42,440 nucleotides of DNA, taken from a bacterium. GTDB lineage: Bacteria; Electryoneota; RPQS01. Made by a program: the position numbers and the translations under genes. The first letter of the stretch is position 1; every line of letters starts with the position of its first letter. Positions 1-8,874 of the stretch are shown in pieces. The stretch is taken from assembly GCA_018814465.1 (NCBI GenBank), contig JAHIZR010000245.1, positions 1-42,440 of the forward strand. Reading direction: 5' to 3'. The notes beneath the pieces are model-generated. The model was not told where the DNA came from, did no database searches, and saw only the letters and a list, made by a program, of their open reading frames with translations.

Positions 1-719
1 CCGCCGGATTCGTAAACAGCGATCTGCCGCTCCATTTCCGTTTGAACCGCGCGCTCAATGCTCCGAATCGAATTCAGGTTCTTCATTTCGGTTCGTTCAC
101 GAAAACCATCTTCTCCAACAAGCCTGACCGAGACATTCGCATCACAGCGGAGTGAACCCTCCTCCATATTCCCGTCGCAAACGCCAATAAACCTCAGTAA
201 CTCGCGGATGGACGCGACATAAGCTCCGGCCTCCTGCGGTGAACGGAATTCCGGTTCAGAAACGATTTCGACTAATGGCACCCCGCAGCGATTCATATCC
301 ACGATCGTCGAACCATCTTCCTGATGCATCGATTTTCCTGCATCCTCCTCAATATGAGCGCGGGTAATGTTGATTGCCCGTTGAGTGCCGCCAACCTGAA
401 ATTCGATACGCCCTCCTGAACTGAAGGGTTCGTCGAATTGTGATATCTGATAACCCTTCGGGAGATCAGGATAATAATAGTTTTTGCGATCAAACTTCGA
501 TTTCGGATGAATCGTCGCGCCGATTGCGAGCGCAAGCCGCGTTGCCTGCGCGACAACTTCCTTGTTTAATACCGGAAGCGCCCCCGGCATGCCGAGGCAG
601 ACAGGGCAGACATGCGTATTAGGCGGATCGCCATAGCTATTTGGACAGCGGCAAAAGGCTTTTGTCTTCGTCAGCAACTGCGCATGGATCTCGAGACCTG
701 CGATCATTTCCCACTTCAT
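1..719 (-). CDS. gatB: Asp/Glu-tRNA amidotransferase subunit B, N-terminal part. The gene runs off the left edge of the window.
   Basis: The reverse complement from the ATG at 719 reads MKWEMIAGLEIHAQLLTKTKAFCRCPNSYG...VCPVCLGMPGALPVLN, a typical GatB N-terminus. The start overlaps the gatA stop in an ATGA (716-719). The frame stays open to position 1. Confidence 0.9.
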   Translation of the reverse strand, partial: MKWEMIAGLEIHAQLLTKTKAFCRCPNSYGDPPNTHVCPVCLGMPGALPVLNKEVVAQATRLALAIGATIHPKSKFDRKNYYYPDLPKGYQISQFDEPFSSGGRIEFQVGGTQRAINITRAHIEEDAGKSMHQEDGSTIVDMNRCGVPLVEIVSEPEFRSPQEAGAYVASIRELLRFIGVCDGNMEEGSLRCDANVSVRLVGEDGFRERTEMKNLNSIRSIERAVQTEMERQIAVYESG

Positions 720-2146
720 GAAGCCACCTCAATTCGCTCCTCAAGCTGCGAAGCAACCTGAAGGATCAGCTCCTCTGAGAAATGCGGTCCCATTATCTGC
801 GCGCCGATCGGCATTCCTCTCTCATCACATCCGATAGGCACCGATACAGCGGGAATCCCAGCGAGATTTGCGGGAACCGTGAAAATATCCGACAGATACA
901 TCGCAACCGGATCGTCGATCTTCTCGCCGATTTTAAAGGCGGTTGTTGGAGTCGTCGGAGCTAATAGCACATCCACCTGTTTAAAGACTGATAGGAACTC
1001 CTCAAAAATCAGACGACGGACGCGCTGTGCCTTCTTATAGTAAGCATCGTGATAGCCCGCCGATAACACATAAGTTCCCATCATGATTCTTCTGCGGACC
1101 TCATCGCCGAAGCCTTCACCTCGAGTCAGGTTGTAAACATCCGCGACGGAATTCGCTTGCGGATTGCGCCACCCATAACGAGCGCCGTCAAAACGCGCCA
1201 GATTCGAGCTTGCTTCAGCGACTGCCAATACATAATAGACCGGAATAGCGTGAGCTGTTGTCGGCAGTGAAACATCCACTAAGCTATGCCCCAACGCTTT
1301 TAATTCTTCCGCCGAGTTTCGAGTCGCGCTGACAATACTCTCATCCATCCCCTCTGTCTGAAAATACTCGGCAGGGATGCCGATTCGAAGCTTTCGATGC
1401 AGCGGCAACAGACCTTTACTGCAATCGGCAACCGGCTCAGGCGCGCTCGTTGAATCGCGCGGATCAACTCCTGCCGCGACACTGAGGATACTCAAAATGG
1501 AAGCACAGTCGCGACCGAAAAACGAGATCTGATCAAGGGATGATCCGAATGCAACCAATCCATACCTTGACACTCTGCCGTAGGTCGGCTTCAGACCCGC
1601 GATACCGCAGAACGCAGCCGGCTGTCGGACACTGCCGCCTGTTTCACTGCCAAGGGCCGCATGACAGAAACCTGCCGCAACCGCGACCGCACTGCCCCCG
1701 CTCGATCCACCCGGAACGCGATCAGGATCATGTGGATTACGCACCTCGCCGTAATACGACATTTCGGAAGACGATCCCATCGCAAATTGATCCAGATTCG
1801 TTTTTCCGATGATTACAGCGCCTGCTGCCTCAAGTCTTTTCACCGCAGTCGCGGTAAAAGTCGCCTGATGATCTCCGAGAATCTTTGAACCACAGGTCAG
1901 CCGTGTATCCCGAATCGCAATGTTATCCTTTACCGCAAGTATCCAGCCGGCAAGAGGAAGTTTTTCTCCGGCCTGAAGGCGTGCACAAACATTCTCCGCA
2001 GAGACAAGAGCGCGATCATCCAGCAATGTAATAAAGGCCCGGAGGTGCTCGCCGTCCCGGGCCTGCTTGAGCGCATCCGAAACCGCCTTAGTCAGTTGAA
2101 TCGGGTTTTGACGCAGATGTTCTGGACTGGGCAGTGGGATTGACAT
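716..2146 (-). CDS. gatA: Glutamyl-tRNA(Gln) amidotransferase subunit A
   Basis: 476-aa ORF with the amidase signature GGSSGGSAVAVAAG and the GSETGGSVRQPAAFCG block. It lies immediately upstream of gatB. Confidence 0.95.
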   Translation of the reverse strand: MSIPLPSPEHLRQNPIQLTKAVSDALKQARDGEHLRAFITLLDDRALVSAENVCARLQAGEKLPLAGWILAVKDNIAIRDTRLTCGSKILGDHQATFTATAVKRLEAAGAVIIGKTNLDQFAMGSSSEMSYYGEVRNPHDPDRVPGGSSGGSAVAVAAGFCHAALGSETGGSVRQPAAFCGIAGLKPTYGRVSRYGLVAFGSSLDQISFFGRDCASILSILSVAAGVDPRDSTSAPEPVADCSKGLLPLHRKLRIGIPAEYFQTEGMDESIVSATRNSAEELKALGHSLVDVSLPTTAHAIPVYYVLAVAEASSNLARFDGARYGWRNPQANSVADVYNLTRGEGFGDEVRRRIMMGTYVLSAGYHDAYYKKAQRVRRLIFEEFLSVFKQVDVLLAPTTPTTAFKIGEKIDDPVAMYLSDIFTVPANLAGIPAVSVPIGCDERGMPIGAQIMGPHFSEELILQVASQLEERIEVAS

Positions 2147-2381
2147 CGACTTTTGGAGAGGATTGTTCAGTTTTTTTCAGCGTTGATTCAGAGGGAGTGG
2201 AGGATTTGGGTGAAGAGTCCGTGATATCCGAATTAAGCTGATGCTTCACATCAATAGTATATCGACGCACCTCCGCAATTCCCCGCCCGAGATTGCGCGC
2301 AATCTCAGGCAGCCGCTTTCCGCCAAACAAAAGCAGGATCACCAACACGACGAGAAATATCTCTGAGGGACCAAGATTCAT
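2088..2381 (-). CDS. tatA: Twin-arginine translocase TatA/E family protein
   Basis: The N-terminus MNLGPSEIFLVVLVILLLFGGKRLPEIARNLGRGI has the TatA TM helix plus FGxKRLPE hinge and amphipathic helix. The tail is low-complexity and S/T/P-rich. Confidence 0.85.
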   Translation of the reverse strand: MNLGPSEIFLVVLVILLLFGGKRLPEIARNLGRGIAEVRRYTIDVKHQLNSDITDSSPKSSTPSESTLKKTEQSSPKVDVNPTAQSRTSASKPDSTD

Positions 2382-2399
2382 AGTCTGAAAGGAAAAGAT

Positions 2400-3119
2400 T
2401 TAGACGGTGAGCGCGGCATACGAAGCATCCTGCTGTAAAGAAGTAATCATGGATCGAAAGACGCCGAGTCCATCCGTACTGCCGATTCTTTCATCGGAAG
2501 CTCGCTCAGGATGCGGCATCATACCGAGCACATTGCCTTGCTCGTTGATGATTCCGGCGATGGAATTGATACTGCCATTCGGATTGCCGTCAGGAACATC
2601 CTGACGCTTCGGGCCGGTATATCGAAAGACAACGCGGCCGGAGCTTTCCAACTCCTCGATCGTTTTATCATCGGCGACGTAGTTGCCTTCGGCATGAGCG
2701 ATGGGAATCCACAGCAGCTGCTCTTGTTCGTAAGCGGATGTGAATGCAGTCTCAGTGTTTTCCACTCGAAGCTCTACATTCCGGGAAATGAATCGAACAT
2801 TTCGATTTCGCACTAAAGCTCCCGGCAGCAATCCAACTTCACAGAGAATCTGAAATCCGTTGCAGATCCCGATAACCAGTCCGCCCTGCTTCGCGAATTG
2901 CTGAATAGCCTTCATGACAGGCGAATATTTGGCAAGCGCGCCGGCGCGCAGGTAATCGCCATAAGAGAATCCGCCAGGGATGATCACAGCGTCACAATCA
3001 CACAGCGAAGCTTCCTTATGGAACACATTATGCACTTCACAGGAGAAAATATCGCGCATCACATAGATACAGTCGCGATCACAATTCGAGCCGGGGAATG
3101 TAACGACCGCAACTTTCAT
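2400..3119 (-). CDS. purQ: Phosphoribosylformylglycinamidine synthase subunit PurQ (glutaminase)
   Basis: MKVAVVTFPGSNCDRD..., GGFSYGDYLRAGA, the GICNGFQIL nucleophile elbow and the MMPHPER motif. ATGA overlap with the purS stop. Confidence 0.93.
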   Translation of the reverse strand: MKVAVVTFPGSNCDRDCIYVMRDIFSCEVHNVFHKEASLCDCDAVIIPGGFSYGDYLRAGALAKYSPVMKAIQQFAKQGGLVIGICNGFQILCEVGLLPGALVRNRNVRFISRNVELRVENTETAFTSAYEQEQLLWIPIAHAEGNYVADDKTIEELESSGRVVFRYTGPKRQDVPDGNPNGSINSIAGIINEQGNVLGMMPHPERASDERIGSTDGLGVFRSMITSLQQDASYAALTV

Positions 3120-3355
3120 GGAAGCTCGATACGAAATGTTTCAGTGATGGGATTAGCAAGCATTTTATCGCTGATTTCTTCCAGCAGCGCCTTAGCCTGA
3201 TTGGTATCCATGTCGTCAAGATCGATTTCAATCATCTTGCCAACGCGAATACTGTGAATGCTGTCATGACCGTGCTGTTTCAGGACTTCGTAAATCGTTT
3301 GCCCTTGCGGGTCAAGCACGCCGTCCCGGTAGGATACAAAAACTTTTGCTTTCAA
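3116..3355 (-). CDS. purS: Phosphoribosylformylglycinamidine synthase subunit PurS
   Basis: KAKVFVSYRDGVLDPQGQTIYEVLKQHGH... is PurS-like. I prefer the in-frame TTG at 3355 (about 79 aa, no overlap with pssA). The maximal ORF extends to 3427, but that extra part overlaps pssA and looks non-native. Confidence 0.8.
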   Translation of the reverse strand: MKAKVFVSYRDGVLDPQGQTIYEVLKQHGHDSIHSIRVGKMIEIDLDDMDTNQAKALLEEISDKMLANPITETFRIELP

Positions 3356-3362
3356 CTGACTC

Positions 3363-4097
3363 TCACAGTATAGTGACGGATTCTTCTTCGTCTTCGAGCT
3401 CCTCTTCTTCAGCGGCCCGGCGGGCATTCACAATTCCGGCTGCAAAGCCCGCGACAATGAGCACGACGATTGCGGGAAATGCATTACGGAGCGGATCGAG
3501 TGCAAAATAGACAACACACAAAAACAGCGCACTAAGCTTGACGAGATTGATTCCTTGTTCACGAAGAGTAAACCTTGGCAGCCCCGCCAACGGTACGTGG
3601 CTGATCATGAGCAGGCTCGAAATTATAACAATGGCAGCGATCACATTCGAGTTTGCCGCATCGTCCCACCTCGCGACGCACATCAAGACAAGCGCGGCCA
3701 TGAGACAGGCATGCAGGGGCGAACTCAGTCCGATGAAATCGTGAGCCTTGCCATCGGCATCAATATTAAAGCGCGCCAGGCGGATCGCTGCAGCAACGAC
3801 GGGAACCAGCGTCACAAGCAGTCCGGGCACACCAAGATCGCGAAATGCGAATGCGTAGACAATCAGCGCCGGCGCCACCCCGAAGGAAATCATATCCGCC
3901 ATTGAATCGTATTGCAGACCAAAAGATGAAGAGCTGCCGAAATAGCGCGCAACTTTTCCATCAAAAGCATCGAAAATCGTCGCGCAGAAAATCAATAGAC
4001 CGGCCGTTATCAAGTGACCGTCAAAAGCCATCAGAATCGCAATGATTCCTGAGATGAGATTTCCAGTCGTCAGCAGATTAGCGTACCATCGTGTCAT
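3363..4097 (-). CDS. pssA: CDP-diacylglycerol--serine O-phosphatidyltransferase (CDP-alcohol phosphatidyltransferase family)
   Basis: DAFDGKVARYFGSSSSFGLQYDSMADMISF matches the D-x2-DG-x2-AR...G-x3-D-x3-D motif. The protein is multi-TM and lies adjacent to psd. The ATG at 4097 is preceded by AAGGAA. The maximal ORF starts at a TTG at 4124 and would overlap psd. Confidence 0.85.
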   Translation of the reverse strand: MTRWYANLLTTGNLISGIIAILMAFDGHLITAGLLIFCATIFDAFDGKVARYFGSSSSFGLQYDSMADMISFGVAPALIVYAFAFRDLGVPGLLVTLVPVVAAAIRLARFNIDADGKAHDFIGLSSPLHACLMAALVLMCVARWDDAANSNVIAAIVIISSLLMISHVPLAGLPRFTLREQGINLVKLSALFLCVVYFALDPLRNAFPAIVVLIVAGFAAGIVNARRAAEEEELEDEEESVTIL

Positions 4098-4107
4098 CTC
4101 TATTCCT

Positions 4108-4740
4108 TTAAGATAATCTCGCAATTATAGATTCACCGGCTCGAACCTGCTCGCCCGGTTTGGCGAGAAGATGAGCAGTTTCCGGAAGAAACACTTCCAT
4201 ACGTGAACCAAAATAGATCAAGCCGAAACGATCTCCGATTTCAAATGTATCTTTCGGCTTCAGTCGGCAGCTTATTTTTCTCGCAATTAATCCTGAGATC
4301 TGCCACCACTCCACCGGCCCCGCGCTCGAAACGGCTTTCACAACAATTCTGGCATTTCGTTTGAGAGCATTTTCGGTTGCGGCAACGAAGTAAGCGCCGG
4401 GCGTGCTGGTCACTTGCTCGACTCTGCCTGAGATCGGACAACGATTGACGTGAACATTGAAAACAGACATGAAGATGGCAACACGCTTCCGACCATCCTC
4501 CATCGTGTCCGATAGCAAAACGCGCCCGTCAGCGGGAGCGACAACGTTTTGCTCGCCTTCGGGTATTACGCGATGCGGATCGCGAAAGAACAACAGAATC
4601 GCAAAACCGACAAGAGCAAGGCCAACTGCGACAAATGACAAACCGGACAGTTCAAAGAGATACGACGCAATGAGCGCAAGCAGTGCCAGCACCGCCGGCG
4701 GGAGCACAACAACTAAAGATTCACGAGCGAATTTCATCAA
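4108..4740 (-). CDS. psd: Phosphatidylserine decarboxylase proenzyme (short type)
   Basis: 210 aa with an N-terminal TM segment. The FGSRMEV block contains a G-S self-cleavage-type motif. Paired with pssA. Confidence 0.82.
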   Translation of the reverse strand: MMKFARESLVVVLPPAVLALLALIASYLFELSGLSFVAVGLALVGFAILLFFRDPHRVIPEGEQNVVAPADGRVLLSDTMEDGRKRVAIFMSVFNVHVNRCPISGRVEQVTSTPGAYFVAATENALKRNARIVVKAVSSAGPVEWWQISGLIARKISCRLKPKDTFEIGDRFGLIYFGSRMEVFLPETAHLLAKPGEQVRAGESIIARLS

Positions 4741-4763
4741 CCGCTCTTCCTGTGAAAGATGGA

Positions 4764-5477
4764 TTATGCCGCACTGATCAGACGATCGTGAAGCTCTCGA
4801 TATGCTTTTTCAACACCGCCCAAGTCCTGATGAATTCGATCCTGATCCAAGCGGCGATTGGTTTTGCGGTCCCAGATGCGGCAATTATCAGGAGTAATCT
4901 CATCAGCGATACAGATATGATCGCCCGCACTCCCAATCTCAAGCTGGAATTCAAGCAGCACCAGTCCCCGACGATCAAATAACGATTTCAATATCGCATT
5001 TGTCTTCGAGGCGATTCTTGAAATCGTTCTTAAGTCTTCTTTTTTCGCGAGCCCCAGCGCAAGCGCATGAGTCTCGTTAACCATCGGATTGCCGAGTCTG
5101 GGAGCCTTCAGATAATACTCAATAATCGGATAGTCGAGCGCGCGTCCGTCGTCCAGTTTGAAGCGAGCGGCAAGGTTAGCGGTAGCAATGTTGTGGACAT
5201 GAACGATAATCTTGAACATTTCCAGTTTTCTGACGGTCATTTCCGTGGGGGTTATGCGTTCAGAAAAATGCGTTGGAACGTGATAGTTCTCCAGATACTG
5301 AAACAGAAAACTGGAAATACCGCAATTGATTTCCCCCTTGCCGGGGAACTTGCCTTTCTTGGAGGATGCCGCTGAACCCGGGAACTCATCGGTGAATTCG
5401 AGGACGATTATACTGGGGCGGCCGGTGGAATATAACCGCTTCGACGCACCTTCAAAAAGAAGATCTTGCTTTTCCAA
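4764..5477 (-). CDS. purC: Phosphoribosylaminoimidazole-succinocarboxamide (SAICAR) synthase
   Basis: N-terminus MEKQDLLFEGASKRLY and the LEFQLEIG / DEITPDNCRIWD blocks are typical of PurC. About 237 aa. Confidence 0.9.
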   Translation of the reverse strand: MEKQDLLFEGASKRLYSTGRPSIIVLEFTDEFPGSAASSKKGKFPGKGEINCGISSFLFQYLENYHVPTHFSERITPTEMTVRKLEMFKIIVHVHNIATANLAARFKLDDGRALDYPIIEYYLKAPRLGNPMVNETHALALGLAKKEDLRTISRIASKTNAILKSLFDRRGLVLLEFQLEIGSAGDHICIADEITPDNCRIWDRKTNRRLDQDRIHQDLGGVEKAYRELHDRLISAA

Positions 5478-5499
5478 TCGAATCCTCTTGGTTGAGCTG

Positions 5500-6798
5500 C
5501 TACTCGATGATGCTTAATCTTTTGAAAATCTTGTCAATAAATTCATAGCGCGGCTCAAGCAAAACCAGCGCTTCCAAAGTCTCGCGAGTGAACAATGCAG
5601 CGATATTCTTGTCTTTTAGCAGAACGTCAACAAACGGAGTGGAATCCGCTAAGGCTGCCTTCGCACATGCCTGAACAGTCGAATAAGCTGCTTCGCGTGT
5701 CCAACCTTTGCCGATCAACGCGTGAAGCACCTTCTCGGAAGCCAGAACACCGTGAGTCAAATAGAGATTATCTTTCATCCTTTGCGGACGAACATCCAAA
5801 CCGTCCAGGACTTTAATCAGAATATGCATCATGTAATCCAGCGCGATGCATGCGTCCGGAAAGATGATTCGCTCAGCTGACGAATGCGAGATATCGCGTT
5901 CATGCCAAAGAGCGATATTTTCCTGCGCAGTGACTGCATATCCTCGAATCAATCTTGCCATCCCACTAAGCCGCTCGCATAAAATCGGATTCCGCTTATG
6001 AGGCATGGCCGATGAACCCTTTTGCTTCTTGCCGAACGGTTCATAGGCTTCGCCGACCTCGGTTCGCTGCAAGTGGCGAATTTCGACGGCAATTTTCTCA
6101 ATTGTCGAACCGATCAGCGCCAGCACATTCAGGAATTCCGCATGACGGTCGCGGCTTACCACCTGAGTGGAAACCGCGGATACTCCCAGACCGAGATGCT
6201 CCATCACCGCTTCTTCCATCTCCGGATCAGTGTGCCCGTAATTCCCGACGGCTCCGGACAGCTTGCCTACCAGTACCCGCTCCATACATTCATGAAGTCG
6301 AGTTTCATGGCGGGCGAATTCGTCCTCCCATTGTGCGAATTTCAAGCCAAATACCGTCGGCTCGGCATGTATTCCATGAGTGCGCCCGACTGACGGGGTA
6401 TTCTTGAACTCAAGCGCCCTGCGGCGAAGGATCATACGGAGTGCAAAGATGTTGTCCAGAATCAGTTTTGCGGCTTCTTTGATCTGGAGGGCAAAGGCCG
6501 TGTCAACAATATCAGAAGATGTCAAACCCATATGAATGAAGCGCGATTCAGGGCCGACATGATCAGCAATGACCGTCAGAAACGCGATGATATCATGATG
6601 AACCTCGGCTTCCACCTCGTTGATCTCTTCAGGAGTAAAGGCTGCGGCGGCTTGAATCTTCGCTAATGCATCAGCAGGGACCTCGCCGCGATCAACACGC
6701 ACAGACAACGCCGCGAGTTCCACTTTCCACCAGCATTCGTAGCGCGCCTGTTCGGTCCAAAGACCGGCCATCGGCTCTCGAGAGTAGCGTTCTATCAT
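5500..6798 (-). CDS. purB: Adenylosuccinate lyase
   Basis: 432 aa with the fumarate-lyase signature GSSAMPHKRNP, plus the MIERYSR N-terminus and TSSDI block. Confidence 0.95.
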   Translation of the reverse strand: MIERYSREPMAGLWTEQARYECWWKVELAALSVRVDRGEVPADALAKIQAAAAFTPEEINEVEAEVHHDIIAFLTVIADHVGPESRFIHMGLTSSDIVDTAFALQIKEAAKLILDNIFALRMILRRRALEFKNTPSVGRTHGIHAEPTVFGLKFAQWEDEFARHETRLHECMERVLVGKLSGAVGNYGHTDPEMEEAVMEHLGLGVSAVSTQVVSRDRHAEFLNVLALIGSTIEKIAVEIRHLQRTEVGEAYEPFGKKQKGSSAMPHKRNPILCERLSGMARLIRGYAVTAQENIALWHERDISHSSAERIIFPDACIALDYMMHILIKVLDGLDVRPQRMKDNLYLTHGVLASEKVLHALIGKGWTREAAYSTVQACAKAALADSTPFVDVLLKDKNIAALFTRETLEALVLLEPRYEFIDKIFKRLSIIE

Positions 6799-8063
6799 CC
6801 TTCAAGATTGGTTTGTGATCCGGGCTGGGGTTTGAGTTCCAGCACGAAATCGTGATAAGTGCCTTGCCGATTGATGCTCATCGTGATCGTTTGCCCGACC
6901 CTCAGATCGTTATTGCGCAAGTATTCTCTGGCATCCGCTGAAGTGTCGATCGGATATCCGTTAATCTCACAGATGACATCCCAAACCTGAATGCCGGCTT
7001 CCGCGGCGGGACTGCTTGCATCGACAGAAGTAACCAATGCGCCCCGATTCTGGGTCAAGCCAAGTTTCCTCCACATAATGCCGGTCATATCGGTCGCTCG
7101 AATGCCGATCCAGTAGTCGCGATTGACTCCGCCTCGCAGCAGGTCATCAATCGAGGCAATAATCCGATGCGCGGGAATAGCAAAACCGATTCCAACCGAG
7201 CCGCCGGATTCCGAAAAAATCATCGTATTCATGCCGAGTGCTTTACCCTCGGCATTGATCAGCGGTCCGCCGGAGTTTCCGCGATTGATCGCAGCGTCCG
7301 TCTGGATCATGTCAGAATACAGCCTGCCGTCGCTGTCCCGTTCGAAGTTTCTTTGGAGAGCGGAGATTACGCCGACGGAAACGGACGGTTGATCATTGAC
7401 ATCAAATAAGCCATAAGGATTCCCGATCGCGATCACCCATTCCCCGACTATGGCATCTTCACTGTTCGCCCATGTTATAAAGGGCAAGTTTTCCCCGTTA
7501 ATCTTCAGCAGCGCCATATCCAGAAGCGGATCGGTGCCAATCACTTCCGCCTCGTACTTGTCACCGGCTGTGGTTGTAACCGTGATCTCAACAGCATCAC
7601 GTACGACATGCTCGTTGGTTACGATATAGCCATCCGGTGTCGTGATAAAACCCGACCCGATATTCGTCAAACTTCGCTTCACAGTCCGCGGCCACATTTT
7701 ATCATTAAAGAGCATCCGAAAGAAAGGATCGGAACGAAGGGGATTTGCGTATTCACGAACTTGTACGACGTTAATGCCGACGACCGCATCCTTGGTGTGC
7801 GCAATCGCAGTTGTGATCGCATTATGCCGGCTCTCGTAAATATCCTGTTGAATCGGAGGCAGGTACGTTGGTTCCATCTCCGATATTACGAGAGGAAGAT
7901 CGCTCGTCGACTGTTGAAGTTCCTCGGTTTGCTGCGCGAGGGATTCTAAATTGTTCTGGAGTTCCAGTATCAGAGCAGACTGCTGGCCATCCCTCCAGTA
8001 AAAATACAGGATCCCCAATCCAGCAATTAGACCGATCAGAAACGCATTCAGGAACTTTGTCAT
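6795..8063 (-). CDS. Membrane-anchored trypsin-like serine protease with one PDZ domain (HtrA/DegS family)
   Basis: N-terminal TM helix. Catalytic triad context: TNEHVV, DMALLKI and GNSGGPL. C-terminal PDZ-like region (GIQVWDVICEINGYPI). Confidence 0.85.
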   Translation of the reverse strand: MTKFLNAFLIGLIAGLGILYFYWRDGQQSALILELQNNLESLAQQTEELQQSTSDLPLVISEMEPTYLPPIQQDIYESRHNAITTAIAHTKDAVVGINVVQVREYANPLRSDPFFRMLFNDKMWPRTVKRSLTNIGSGFITTPDGYIVTNEHVVRDAVEITVTTTAGDKYEAEVIGTDPLLDMALLKINGENLPFITWANSEDAIVGEWVIAIGNPYGLFDVNDQPSVSVGVISALQRNFERDSDGRLYSDMIQTDAAINRGNSGGPLINAEGKALGMNTMIFSESGGSVGIGFAIPAHRIIASIDDLLRGGVNRDYWIGIRATDMTGIMWRKLGLTQNRGALVTSVDASSPAAEAGIQVWDVICEINGYPIDTSADAREYLRNNDLRVGQTITMSINRQGTYHDFVLELKPQPGSQTNLEG

Positions 8064-8092
8064 GAGGATAACTCACCGGAATTGATTATTGA

Positions 8093-8860
8093 CTAAAGCT
8101 GCGGCCAATCATGATAACCTACCGCTGTGAGTGTTAAACCGTGTGCCGGGGCCTTTGTTCCGGCAAACCGGACATCCTCTTTCTCGATAATCTGTTGTAA
8201 ATTCGAGAATTCCAAACTCCCTCTCGTAATATCAAGCATAGTGCCTACAAGCAGACGGACCATCCCGTGCAAGAAGCGAATTCCGTCTATCCTGAAGAGC
8301 ACGTCCTCGCTCTCCTTTTCCCATGTTGCCCGATAGATCCTTGAACGGTAGTGCTCCTCATCCGGTCTCTCATGGGAAAATGACCGGAAACAACGATCAC
8401 CGAGCACTTCAGACGCCAGTTTATTCAGCTCATCGAGATTCAGTTTGTCCGTCAAATACCAACTGTACTGCCTTCCAATTGCTCGCTGCTCGGAACGAAT
8501 CCGATAGGCGTAGCCACGCCATTTCGCATGAAAACGCGCATGAAAGTCTTTGTCAGCAATCTGGACTTTCAGTATGCGGATATCCGGCGGCAGGTTCGCA
8601 TTCAGAGCCTTCAGAATTGTCTCCGCATTGCGATCTTCAGCAGCTTTGAAATGGGCTACCATGCCTGTGGCGTGAACCCCGGAATCAGTCCTGCCAGCAC
8701 CCGTGATTCTCGGTCTTTCGGAGAATAAGGGAGCGAGGGCTTCTTCGATACAGCCCTGAACGGTGCGTGAATCCTTCTGAAGCTGCCACCCACAAAAGTC
8801 AGTCCCATCGAATTCTATTAGAAGCTTGTATTTTTGAAAATTCGAAGGTTCAGAAGACAT
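8093..8860 (-). CDS. truA: tRNA pseudouridine(38-40) synthase
   Basis: YKLLIEFDGTDFCGWQLQ and the catalytic GAGRTDSGVHA motif. 255 aa. Confidence 0.93.
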   Translation of the reverse strand: MSSEPSNFQKYKLLIEFDGTDFCGWQLQKDSRTVQGCIEEALAPLFSERPRITGAGRTDSGVHATGMVAHFKAAEDRNAETILKALNANLPPDIRILKVQIADKDFHARFHAKWRGYAYRIRSEQRAIGRQYSWYLTDKLNLDELNKLASEVLGDRCFRSFSHERPDEEHYRSRIYRATWEKESEDVLFRIDGIRFLHGMVRLLVGTMLDITRGSLEFSNLQQIIEKEDVRFAGTKAPAHGLTLTAVGYHDWPQL

Positions 8861-8874
8861 TGATTATAATAGCA

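Noticed and set aside
293-556. 87-aa minus-strand ORF and 60-aa plus-strand ORF (440-622) at the left edge.
   Set aside because: Both lie inside the gatB reading frame, which is open from 719 to 1 with clear GatB sequence. They are alternative-frame artefacts.
3356-3427. Longer purS ORF (103 aa) starting at 3427 and overlapping the pssA 3' end by 65 nt.
   Set aside because: The extra 24 residues (MPAGPLKKRSSKTKKNPSLYCESQ) are basic low-complexity sequence unlike PurS. An in-frame TTG at 3355 yields a canonical ~79-aa PurS without any overlap.
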